From contig JBAZKH010000004.1 of NCBI GenBank assembly GCA_041650935.1, forward strand, positions 5,040-69,039: DNA of 64,000 nt, read 5' to 3'. Below, one piece after another: positions 44,861 to 54,200 of this stretch; within the stretch, counting starts at the first letter, position 1, and each line of letters starts with the position of its first letter. Source of the stretch: Candidatus Omnitrophota bacterium (GTDB lineage: Bacteria > Omnitrophota > Gorgyraeia > 2-01-FULL-45-10). Both the position numbers and the translations under genes were made by a program. The notes below the pieces were generated by a model. The model made no database searches and was not told where the DNA came from. It was given only the letters and a program-made list of their open reading frames with translations.

Positions 44861-46336
44861 ATGTTCTACAAGTCCATCCGCTTCAAGGTATCGATCGTCT
44901 ACATGGCCATACTGGCCATCACGCTCTCCATATTCAGCACGCTCCTGTATCACCAGGTGAGCAAATCCCTCTACGATAATATCGATGCTATCTTAAGTTC
45001 GCGCGCCGAAGGTATAGTCTCGGCTATCGGCACGTACTGGTCGACAGAACGGCTGGGCACGGCCCGTTACGGCGCGGCGGCGCAGATACCTCCGCCTGCC
45101 GGAGAGAATGCCGATTTCGCGACCATTGCCCAGCGCTGGGTCGAGGCGCGGTCAAAGGACCCGAAGCTCCTCAATATCATAGTCCAGATATTCGATGCCA
45201 GGGGAGATATAGTCACCTCATCGAAGAATACTCAGGGCATAACGAGCGTCTCCGACTCCACCCTCTACGCGGCACTCCAGGGCAAGAGCACGTTCGATAC
45301 GCTTACGACGTCATTTCCCACGAAAAAGATGCAGGTATTCCGCGTCTACATTACGCCCGCGCTCCAGGACGAGCGGGTGGAATATATCGTCCAGGTCGCC
45401 AGTCCGCTCGATTCGATAATAGACGCCCTGAATACCCTTAAAGTCACGGTCTTCATACTCTTCCCGATAACGGTTTTGATCACCGGGGTCATGGGCGCAT
45501 TCCTGGCGAAGCTTACCCTGCGGCCGGTAGACAGCATGATACGCACGATACATAATATAACCGTCGAGAATATGAAGATGAAGCTGGCGATCCCCAACAC
45601 CAAAGACGAGATACAGAAACTCGCCGAAACTTTTAACGATATGCTCGGCCGGCTCGATATAGCTTTCACTTCCCAGCGGCATCTTTTTGAAAACCTTTCG
45701 CATGAGCTGAAGACCCCGCTCACGATACTTAACGGCGAGTTCGAGGTCATCCTTAAGAAGATGCGTTCCCCGGCGGATTATGAGGCCGTCCTGCGTTCGA
45801 GCCTCGAAGAGATCAATAAGATGACACGGCTGGTGGAGAATCTCCTTCTCCTGGCGAGTTTCGAATCGAAAAATTTCATGCCGGAGAAAAAGACGCTCGA
45901 CCTGACGGCCTTGCTGAAGGGCGTAAGCGACAATATGCGCAGGCTGGCCGAAAGGAAGAAGATAGCCATATCGTTTACGGCCAAAGAGGCGGTCGGGATA
46001 GTCGGCGATGAAAAAGAGCTGAAGCAGCTCTTCCTTAATATAATAGATAATGCCGTTAAGTATACCCCCGATGGCGGCCGGATAAGCGTGAGCGTTGAAA
46101 AGTCCTATGAGTCGGCCAGGATCGTCATAAGCGATACGGGTGTCGGCATCCCATCGGGCGATACAGTGCACATATTCGACAGGTTCTATCGTGTCCAGGA
46201 TACGAGATCGAGCTGCGGTTTTGGTCTCGGATTGAGCATAGCCAAGGCCGTTATAGACTCCCATAACGGCTCCGTTAAGGTAGAGAGCGCCCCGGGAGAA
46301 GGAAGTTCCTTCATTATTACCCTGCCATTGCGATAG
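44861..46336 (+). CDS. Sensor histidine kinase (two TM helices with a periplasmic loop, then HAMP, HisKA and HATPase_c).
   Basis: H-box HELKTPL (45701-45721). N-box ...IIDNAVKYTP... G-boxes DTGVGIP and GFGLGLSIAK. TM segments at the N-terminus and at about residue 190. Confidence 0.85.
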   Translation: MFYKSIRFKVSIVYMAILAITLSIFSTLLYHQVSKSLYDNIDAILSSRAEGIVSAIGTYWSTERLGTARYGAAAQIPPPAGENADFATIAQRWVEARSKDPKLLNIIVQIFDARGDIVTSSKNTQGITSVSDSTLYAALQGKSTFDTLTTSFPTKKMQVFRVYITPALQDERVEYIVQVASPLDSIIDALNTLKVTVFILFPITVLITGVMGAFLAKLTLRPVDSMIRTIHNITVENMKMKLAIPNTKDEIQKLAETFNDMLGRLDIAFTSQRHLFENLSHELKTPLTILNGEFEVILKKMRSPADYEAVLRSSLEEINKMTRLVENLLLLASFESKNFMPEKKTLDLTALLKGVSDNMRRLAERKKIAISFTAKEAVGIVGDEKELKQLFLNIIDNAVKYTPDGGRISVSVEKSYESARIVISDTGVGIPSGDTVHIFDRFYRVQDTRSSCGFGLGLSIAKAVIDSHNGSVKVESAPGEGSSFIITLPLR

Positions 46337-46406
46337 CCAATATTAGAATCTTTTAATCTTTCTCTAATTGGGATTTAATGGCCTATTGTGTATACTTTTA
46401 CTAAAA

Positions 46407-46445
46407 GCCTTAGACTCCGCTCAGGATTTTATCCAGAGTATGGCC
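46407..46445 (+). promoter_or_regulatory. Shared upstream motif, copy 1: agccttagactccgctcagg-attttat-ccagagtatggccg.
   Basis: GACTCcGCTCAGG, a 7-nt spacer, CCaGAG, then TATCCAGA and GGCCG. It is related to 51236-51275 and partly to 57481-57505. Confidence 0.3.
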
Positions 46446-46470
46446 GAGGGCTAAAAGAAAGGGGGAGGGT

Positions 46471-47091
46471 ATGGTTAAAAAGCTTGTATATATAGCTATG
46501 CTCATAGCTATGGTTTGCGCTATGGCGCTGCCGTCGGCAAATGCCGCCGATAAGGCCGCGACAGCAGGTCCCGCGGGCGAGCTTCTTGTTGCGGATTTCG
46601 AGTCCGGGGAGAAGCCGAACAATATCGGCGGTGACTTCGGTGCGTGGAACAAAGATCCCACCGATTTTTCGCAGGGCTGCAGCGAGGCCTTTGACAGTGT
46701 CAACAGGTATGGCACCAAAGGATTCGCCATGAAGCTCGAATACAGCGTTGAATCCAAGAATCCCGCATATAACGGATTCTGGATGTTCCTTCAGAACCTG
46801 GATGCTACAAAGTACGATAACGTAGCGTTAAGGGTAAAAGGTGATGCGAAGACCGGTTATACCACGGTATTCAAAATCGAGCTTAAGAACGCGGCGAAGC
46901 AGGTCGGCCGTTATTATGTAACAAACATAACGGACCAGTGGCAGGATATCGTGATCCCGCTCAAAGAGTTCAAGGGTATCACCGACTATTCTAACCTCAC
47001 AGAGTTTGTAATCGTCTTTGAAGACAGGATTGCCTCCAATAAGAAGGGCGTAATCTACATCGACGATATCAGATTCACGAAGAACAAATAA
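46471..47091 (+). CDS. Secreted stand-alone CBM-like β-sandwich protein.
   Basis: RBS GGGGGAGGG. Signal peptide MVKKLVYIAMLIAMVCAMALPSANA. The body is collinear with the N-terminal domains of the 47199 and 57517 proteins (...LEYSV...NGFW...VKGD...KIE...WQ...IPL...VIYIDDIRF). Confidence 0.7.
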   Translation: MVKKLVYIAMLIAMVCAMALPSANAADKAATAGPAGELLVADFESGEKPNNIGGDFGAWNKDPTDFSQGCSEAFDSVNRYGTKGFAMKLEYSVESKNPAYNGFWMFLQNLDATKYDNVALRVKGDAKTGYTTVFKIELKNAAKQVGRYYVTNITDQWQDIVIPLKEFKGITDYSNLTEFVIVFEDRIASNKKGVIYIDDIRFTKNK

Positions 47092-47120
47092 AAATAGTGA
47101 ATAGTGTATAGTAAATAAAT

Positions 47121-47152
47121 ATTGTAGGGCAGGCTTAAGCCTGCCCTACAAT
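47121..47152. repeat. Palindrome family C copy 2: attgtagggcaggcttaagcctgccctacaat.
   Basis: A perfect 32-nt palindrome, preceded by aatagtgaatagtgtatagtaaataaat. It shares the gggcaNNcttaagNNtgccc core and upstream flank with 30164-30191. Confidence 0.6.
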
Positions 47153-47198
47153 AATGTGCAGAAAGATAGCTACGTACTACCTCTGTAAAAGGATAGCA

Positions 47199-49460
47199 AT
47201 GAAGCGCATAGCCGCTCTTATACTACTCTTCGGACTGATCCTAGATATACCATCATCCGCATCCGCGCAGAATAAAGCGCAGAAATTCGTTGCACCCATT
47301 ATTGTAAGCGATTATACAGACGGGACAATTACAAACTCTCTCGGCGGCATATCCGGCGGGAAAGAGACGCTGCCGGGTGTGCTCTACGCCGCGGCCACTC
47401 CCGATGAGTGCTCTACGCGCGGCGCTTCGGGTTATTCGCTGCAGCTCGATTATGATGTCTCTAAGCTAGGAGAATACGCGTTTTACTGGATGAAGCTCGG
47501 CGGGGAGATACCCGGCCGCGATAAGGCCACAAAGACGCTCGACCTGACCGGTTATAGTTACATTACCTTCTGGGTGAAGGGCGCGCAGGAGGGCGGAGAC
47601 CTGAAGATAGAACTCCATCAGGATATAGACGCTAACGGCATCTTCGAATTCGGCAAGGATATTACAAGCTGCGTATACGCCAAAGGCTACCTTAAGAGCG
47701 GCACCATTACCAAAGAGTGGCAGAAGCTCGTGATACCGTTAAAAAATTTTACTTTAATTACAGACTGGAAACGGATCCTGGAATTTGTCATTGTCCTTGA
47801 GAACAAAGCGGGCAATGCGGCGGGAACGGTATATATAGACGATATCCTTTTTGGTTACAGGCCGGCCGATGTTTTGGAGAGCCTGGGCACAGAGGATCTG
47901 AAAGCCCCGGCGGAATCTTCTTTCACGGTGAACGGCGTCAATTCCAAAAGATGCGCCGCGTTTGCCGGCACCACAACGCTGGCTATAAAAGCGGAAGATG
48001 TAAATAACAACCCGTTCATCGAAAGCGTCAGGTTTGAGTATTCGGTGGACAAGGGCGCGAACTGGCGGATCATAGGCTGCGATTACAACGTCTCCAAGAA
48101 CGTATATAAAGTAGAGTGGCAGCCCGATAATTCCAGACAGCTTTACAATTATGAAATAAGGGCCGTTGCTTCCAGCGTGGGAGGCGTCGAAAAGGCCACG
48201 GGCGTCCTGATAGACTGTCCCGTCAAGCCGATAACGGACGATGAGTTCCTGGACCTGGTCGAGCGTAAAGCGTTCGACTTCTTCAAGGACCACCAGAATC
48301 CGGTTACAGGCCTCTTCGCCGATACATCCGGCGGCGGGGACGCGAGCATCGCCTCGACCGGTTTTGGCATGGCGGCTCTTTGTGTCGGCGCCCAGCGGGG
48401 TTGGATCGACAAGAAGGAAGCTAAGGCGCGCGTCCTTACGGCGCTGAACATGTTCCTTCCCAAAGGACCGGAGGCCGAACCGCTTGCCGACGGAAGATAC
48501 GGTTTCTTCTACCATTTCCTGAATGCGCATAACGGCAAAAGGGCCGGCAGGAGCGAGATATCGACCGTCGATACCGCAATACTGGTTGCCGGGGCGCTCA
48601 CCGCGGGTGAATATTTCGGCCAGGACGTGAAAGCCAGGGCGGAAGAGATATATAAACGGGTCGAGTGGGAAAAATTTTTGTGTACAACGAAAGGCGGATG
48701 GTATAACTGTTATTCGATGGGATGGTCGCCCGAGAGAGGGTTCCTCGATTCTTACTGGGATTATTATACGGATGAAGTTGTACTCATAACGCTCCTTGCC
48801 ATAGGTTCCCCGACCCACCCCGCGCCGCCGGATGTTTTTTACGCGTGGGCCAGGAACAAAGATGCTTATAAGGACGGGAAACCGTTTATCTACAGCTGGC
48901 ATGGCAGTCTCTTCTCTTATCAGTATGCCAATATATGGTTCGATTTCCGCGGCATAGCCGACAAACAGGGTGTGAACTGGTTCGAGAATTCGACGAACGC
49001 GACATTGGCAAACAGACAATTTTGTATCGATAATGCCGACAAACTTAAAGGCATGGGCCCGAATATGTGGGGGATAACTTCGATGTCCAGGCCGGAGGGT
49101 TATACAATGCATTTCGGCGTCCCCCCTACGGGAAACGGCGAACCCGAATACGACAACACCGTATCGCCCACAGGGCCGGCCGGGTCGATCGTATTTACGC
49201 CGTATCTTTCGTTGTCGGCCCTGAAGCATATGTACCTGACATATCCGAGGCTCTGGGGCCAGTATGGGTTCAGGGATTCGATCAATGCCGGACGCAGCTG
49301 GTACGCCTTTACATATTACGGTATAGGCGAGGCGATGATACTTCTGCCGATAGAGAATTTCCGTTCCGGATTTATCTGGAAGAATTTTATGAAGAATACG
49401 TATATAAAGGATGCGCTTACGAAAGCCGGTTTCACCAAGGCGAAAGGGGCACTAAAGTGA
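47199..49460 (+). CDS. Secreted CBM-like domain + Ig-like linker + DUF3131/GH144-like glucanase-like domain.
   Basis: ATG at 47199 with RBS AAAAGGA. The track's ATG at 47154 is inside the palindrome. Signal peptide MKRIAALILLFGLILDIPSSASA. C-terminal motifs STVDTAILVAGALTAGEYF, YQYANIWFDFRG and YGFRDSINAGRSWYAFTYYGIGEAMILLPIEN. Confidence 0.8.
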   Translation: MKRIAALILLFGLILDIPSSASAQNKAQKFVAPIIVSDYTDGTITNSLGGISGGKETLPGVLYAAATPDECSTRGASGYSLQLDYDVSKLGEYAFYWMKLGGEIPGRDKATKTLDLTGYSYITFWVKGAQEGGDLKIELHQDIDANGIFEFGKDITSCVYAKGYLKSGTITKEWQKLVIPLKNFTLITDWKRILEFVIVLENKAGNAAGTVYIDDILFGYRPADVLESLGTEDLKAPAESSFTVNGVNSKRCAAFAGTTTLAIKAEDVNNNPFIESVRFEYSVDKGANWRIIGCDYNVSKNVYKVEWQPDNSRQLYNYEIRAVASSVGGVEKATGVLIDCPVKPITDDEFLDLVERKAFDFFKDHQNPVTGLFADTSGGGDASIASTGFGMAALCVGAQRGWIDKKEAKARVLTALNMFLPKGPEAEPLADGRYGFFYHFLNAHNGKRAGRSEISTVDTAILVAGALTAGEYFGQDVKARAEEIYKRVEWEKFLCTTKGGWYNCYSMGWSPERGFLDSYWDYYTDEVVLITLLAIGSPTHPAPPDVFYAWARNKDAYKDGKPFIYSWHGSLFSYQYANIWFDFRGIADKQGVNWFENSTNATLANRQFCIDNADKLKGMGPNMWGITSMSRPEGYTMHFGVPPTGNGEPEYDNTVSPTGPAGSIVFTPYLSLSALKHMYLTYPRLWGQYGFRDSINAGRSWYAFTYYGIGEAMILLPIENFRSGFIWKNFMKNTYIKDALTKAGFTKAKGALK

Positions 49461-51235
49461 AAAAGATAACGTTAGCGGTTTTAGCGATAGTACTCGCGGC
49501 AACGGCCTTCGCAGCCGAGCCGGCAAATTTCGACGATGAACTTGCCCGCATAGCTCATGCCGATTCCGACGCAGCCATAATGAAGATCACCGAAGAGGCG
49601 ATCGCGAAATGCGCGGCGGCGGCGGATTTCGAAAAACTTGCCTTGAGCATAAAGAATTTCGTTTCCGAGAAGTCCGATTTCAAGTATTCGAACGCGTTAT
49701 ATTATGCCATCGCAAAGACCAGGATAGACGAGCTCACGTTCCTTTCCCAGAAGAATGACATAGAATCCGGCAGGCTCTATATGTCCCTGAACGAAAGTTA
49801 CCGCATCGAGGCGGCCGATTATATCGATAAGGTGCTCGGTAACGCGAAATCGAAAGACCTCGCCCTGGACGCGTATCTCCTGAAGTTCCTTACGATAAAG
49901 GATGAATTCCAGCCGCAGAGGACGGAAGCATTCCTAGATGAGATGGCGGATAGGATCGCGAAATATTCCGACGACGGCGCGCTCAACAGGCGCCAGCTCT
50001 CGCGCATAGCGGGTGAATTGACGGATAAGGGGTCCGGTAATTATGCCATGAAGTTAAGGATCTCGTATGCTCAGAAGGTCGACCCGAAATCGGCCCAGGA
50101 GGTATTGGAGGATATACGCAGGGACGGCGACAAAAGCTTTGCTCAAGGCAACATGAGGGGCGCCGCCGCGTTATACGATACGTACATAAATTCGGCGCAG
50201 TCATATTTCAATAAAGAGGCCATGGGCGCCAAGGTCATGGAGATAGCGGAGCGGTACTTCGGTTCCAACAGGTACCGCGATGCGAGAAAATATTATGAGC
50301 TGTTTGCGCAGGGCTATCCGGATTCCAAAGTCATAGATTACTGCAAATATAAGACGGCGCTCTGTTATTGCTATGAGAAGGATTATGCCAATGCTGTTGC
50401 TAACCTCGAAAGTTTCCTGGGGACTTACCAGAATTCCGTATGGTTTGACCGCGCCTTCGAGACGCTTTGCCGCATATATTTCGGCGAATTCCCGAAAGAG
50501 AAAGCCGCTGCCGGGCTCCAGAAACTGATCGACAATTATTACCGGAAGAATATAGGCGATTACGCTTATCTGCTCCTGGGGGCTCTCTATTACTCGGACA
50601 AAGAGTATGACAAAGCGGCCGAGTACCTCAAGAAAGTGGATATCAACAGCGTCTATTCGTACGCGGCCGAGATATTAAGCGCCGATATAAAAGATATAAA
50701 GAACGGCAGCAACCCTTCGTATAGTTTCGGCGGGAAAGATAAATACAGGATGTGGGAACCGGGAAAGCCTAGTAAAATAGATATGGTTCCTATGGCGGCC
50801 GGGGACGCGAGCGCGTGGATTAAAGGCGGCGGCAAAGGCGAGGACAAGAAACTGGAAGTTACTTATAACGAGGCCGGGGCCGCGCAGATTACAGTCCCGC
50901 CCGGCACTAAGGTAAAATTCGCTCTCTCTACGCTTATAGACGACGACCGCTTCGCAGAATATCTGCAGGATAAAGAGGATTTGAGCAGGCTTCCCAAGAA
51001 GGTAAAAGATGAGGACGAAAAAGATTTCATTGCGCTCCAGTGGAAGAGTGAGGGCGGGCGGTTTGTAGATGAGAGACAAACAAGGGACAAGATATGGCAG
51101 GCTCCGGATGAACCGGGCGCCTATAAGATATCTGTCCTTGCCGACGACCTGGGCCTTGTCCGCACACCTGATAAAGGTGTAAGAAAGGACCCGGCCAAGG
51201 AAGTCGCAATTATCGTGAATGTCGTAAAATCATAG
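49457..51235 (+). CDS. Secreted TPR-like repeat protein.
   Basis: GTG at 49457 overlaps the upstream TGA (GTGA), with RBS AAAGGGG. Signal peptide VKKITLAVLAIVLAATAFA|AEP. Helical repeats (...YYELFAQGYPDSKVIDYCKYKTALCYCYEKDYANAVANLESFL...). Confidence 0.7.
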   Translation: MKKITLAVLAIVLAATAFAAEPANFDDELARIAHADSDAAIMKITEEAIAKCAAAADFEKLALSIKNFVSEKSDFKYSNALYYAIAKTRIDELTFLSQKNDIESGRLYMSLNESYRIEAADYIDKVLGNAKSKDLALDAYLLKFLTIKDEFQPQRTEAFLDEMADRIAKYSDDGALNRRQLSRIAGELTDKGSGNYAMKLRISYAQKVDPKSAQEVLEDIRRDGDKSFAQGNMRGAAALYDTYINSAQSYFNKEAMGAKVMEIAERYFGSNRYRDARKYYELFAQGYPDSKVIDYCKYKTALCYCYEKDYANAVANLESFLGTYQNSVWFDRAFETLCRIYFGEFPKEKAAAGLQKLIDNYYRKNIGDYAYLLLGALYYSDKEYDKAAEYLKKVDINSVYSYAAEILSADIKDIKNGSNPSYSFGGKDKYRMWEPGKPSKIDMVPMAAGDASAWIKGGGKGEDKKLEVTYNEAGAAQITVPPGTKVKFALSTLIDDDRFAEYLQDKEDLSRLPKKVKDEDEKDFIALQWKSEGGRFVDERQTRDKIWQAPDEPGAYKISVLADDLGLVRTPDKGVRKDPAKEVAIIVNVVKS

Positions 51236-51275
51236 GAGCCCTTCGACTCAGCTCAGGGCTGTATCCTGAGCGCCG
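51236..51275 (+). promoter_or_regulatory. Shared upstream motif, copy 2: gagcccttcgactcagctcagg-gctgtat-cctgagcgccg.
   Basis: A perfect 7-bp inverted repeat GCTCAGG / CCTGAGC with a 7-nt spacer, then TGTATCCTGA and GCCGCCG. It lies 21 nt before the ORF4 ATG, where the RBS is AGGAGAG. Confidence 0.3.
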
Positions 51276-51295
51276 CCGAAGGATAGGAGAGTTTT

Positions 51296-54200
51296 ATGAT
51301 CGAGTGCTGCAGAAAAAAATGTTTTTCCCTGTTGATCCCGGTTATTTTACTAACTGTCTGCGCCACGGCCGCGTTTGCCGATGAGGGCCGCCGGTCCTCG
51401 ATCGTGACGGACCCGACCGGCTTCAGTATCCTGGAGGCCGGTGAAAAAGGCATGTTCAACATGGGGCCTGCCATGGGCGATGTGACGAGCGAGCGCGAAG
51501 AATTTATCAATAAAGACGTCCTGAAATTCGATTACACAATATTTGGCGGCGCGATAGTCGGCGTATGGACGAAGAGTTTTCCTCCGAGGCTGGGACCGAA
51601 GCTGGTTGACGCTGTGAGGATCGGCGTAAAAATTTCGACGAAAGAACAACTGCGCCAGATATCGGTAAAGGCGGAGATAAAAGGCAAGAATGCCGTCCAG
51701 ACGATACCGCTGCGTCTTGAAAATGGATGGATACATGTGCGTGAGGCGGTCGACTGGAACAGGATAGGCGCTCTCAATGAGGCTGTATTTGTGGTCAGCC
51801 CTATGGTAACGAATAAGAAGCTCGATGGGATCATCTATTTTGAGCTCGATTTCTACAAGATGACATTTCTGGAGAAGCGCCTTGCCGCAATAAAGGACGT
51901 TATAGTCCTGGCGCTGGCGCTTTTCTTAATTTTGGCAGCCGGATTTTTAGGCAGGCTATTCGTCCGGAAAAGCGGCGATGGCCGTGCGGTGTCGGGCATC
52001 AAACGGGATTTCCTGTACGGTATAACAGCCGTCTTGATCGCAAGCGCCGGTCTCGGTATATATGCCATGGGAATGGAGAACCCCCTCAATACCGGCCTTC
52101 GTTTCGATTTCGTGATAATTGCGTTCCTGGGTCCGGCAATAGCAGAAATTTTTAAACGCGGCCTCACCGGAAGACACCTCACACCCGGTGAAGTTTTTCA
52201 GAATGTTTTAATCTCGGGTTTCCTTGCCGCCGCTTCAAGCAGGATGACTCTCTTGCAGGCCCCTTCTTCATGGGTCCAGCTTATCATGTTCAATAATTTT
52301 GCGGCAGCCCTTACCTTTATAATATATCATGCGGCCAATGGGCGGGCGCTTGCAGTGCATGGTAAACACTTAAGGCCTATTACCGTAGCGCTTATCGGCG
52401 GAACGCCGTATATATTCAACTGGCTTCTTCTTCTGGAAAGTTCCGGCATTGTGGAGGCTATCGGTAACGCCTTTACTTTCGGCATATGGGTATACTGGTC
52501 TGATATATTACAGAATATAGGAAGGTTTATAGTAATATTCGTCTTTAACGAAATCATCGCCAACGGTATCAGTCTTGCGTTGAGGGAGAGGGTGCTCAAA
52601 CCCGCAAAGGCCCATATAGCCATCTTTTTGGTCTCCGTGGGCGTTGTGATAGCCCCGATTATTGCCGACCTCGGCTCGACAGCGGCGATAGCGTCGCTGC
52701 CGGCATTCCTGAAGGCTGTCGCGTGTATCCTGACAAGCATGCTGTCTTTCGGCGGTCTATGGGCGGAGGTCTACCTGATCACCGGAATGTTTCTGGATAG
52801 CGGGAAACTTATAGCGCCCTCGGCCGAAACATTGGTGAGGCATGTAAACGCCGGCACGAAGAAGGGTATGGCATTCAGCGCGATTGTGATGGCGATCCTC
52901 TTTGCGCTTAGCATGGTGATCGCGGCGCCGATATCGCAAAAAGTAATTAGCGGGATACCTCTTGTGATCGGGATTATAGTCGGAGCTATCATCTTCCCGT
53001 TTGCCAAGACTATTATGGAGACCTTCGACGGCAGCCTGCCGTTTTTCGAGAGGACGCGTTACAGTTATAAAGACGTGTCATTATATGCCAGAGGCGCAGT
53101 CGTAGGATTCGGCTTCGCCTACGCCCTTAGTAAGGGTATGGTGGGCCGCCCGATGGGCGACAGGGTCCTCTTCGGTTTTATCATAGGTATCTTGTCGTCC
53201 GGCGGGGTGAGTTTCCTGAGAGATGTGGTCTGGGCCTTTAAAGGCCAGGGCCGCGTCCACACCTGGAAGCTCTATTTCGTCGATTCCATATTCGGCGCGT
53301 TTATAGGGAGCGCCGCGGCGTTCTATATGGACGCCCTGCAGGTCCCGGTTATCGTCGATAAATTTAAACTCTATGTAAGTTCCGGATTCCAGGCGATGGA
53401 GTACATAACCTACCCGCTTATCAATAACAATAAATGGGGCAATATAAACCTCGGCGCCTATACCGGCGGAGTGAAGCTGTTGTATACAGAGTCTTTGGCC
53501 GGCGTCATCAACTGGTCGATCGCGGCATGGCTCTTTGCCATAAACAAAGTCTTTATGCAGGCGTATTTCGAGAAAGACAAGACGCCTATAAAATTCTTCT
53601 TCTCGAAGGCAGGATTTGCCCAGCTCGTCGAGCACATGATATATGTTTTGCGGTGGGGCCTCTGGATGTCGCCGATCATATTTACCGGGTTGCGCATGAT
53701 GCCCGACCCGACGTGGTATAACCAGGACGGAGCCATCCGCACCATCTTTGCCACCTTCAATAATATTACTATGTCGCCGGAGGGTTTCAGGCAGTGGAGC
53801 CTGCAGGTATTTATATGGATAATGGCCTTCGATTTCTTCCGGGTACTTATCTGGATGGACCATATGGGACTGCGTGTCGCGACGCTGGTCAATTTGAGCT
53901 TCCTCGGCCTCGACAGGCTCGATGAGAAACTGGCCAGGTTCATAGGCCCGGCCGCGGCACAGAGATATATTCCCGACGCCGTCAAGCGCTTCGCGACATG
54001 GGCGCCGCTCTTGATTCCTTTTTATATTCCGCGCGGCAGGGAGTGGGACCAGGTGTGGGATACTTCGCAGGCGATGCAGAATGCGGCTATGTCCAGGAAG
54101 GGAATGGTTGCCGTGTTCCAGGATTTTCCGGCCCTTGAAAAAATACTTATCCTCGCAGGAGCAGTGATCCTATTTACCGCCGTCTCGTTCGGCGTGCGCG

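Noticed and set aside
47754-49229. A 491-aa minus-strand ORF antisense to the GH144-like gene. Other long antisense ORFs are similar: 57571-58899, 45311-46264, 37372-38379, 39304-40101, 53081-53863, 28788-29507, 4540-5202, 60607-61149, 54170-54667 and 56729-57247.
   Set aside because: All lie entirely inside well-supported plus-strand genes whose domain motifs are conserved. Their products are Arg/Pro-rich low-complexity sequences typical of the antisense frame of GC3-rich coding DNA. None has an RBS or recognisable motifs.
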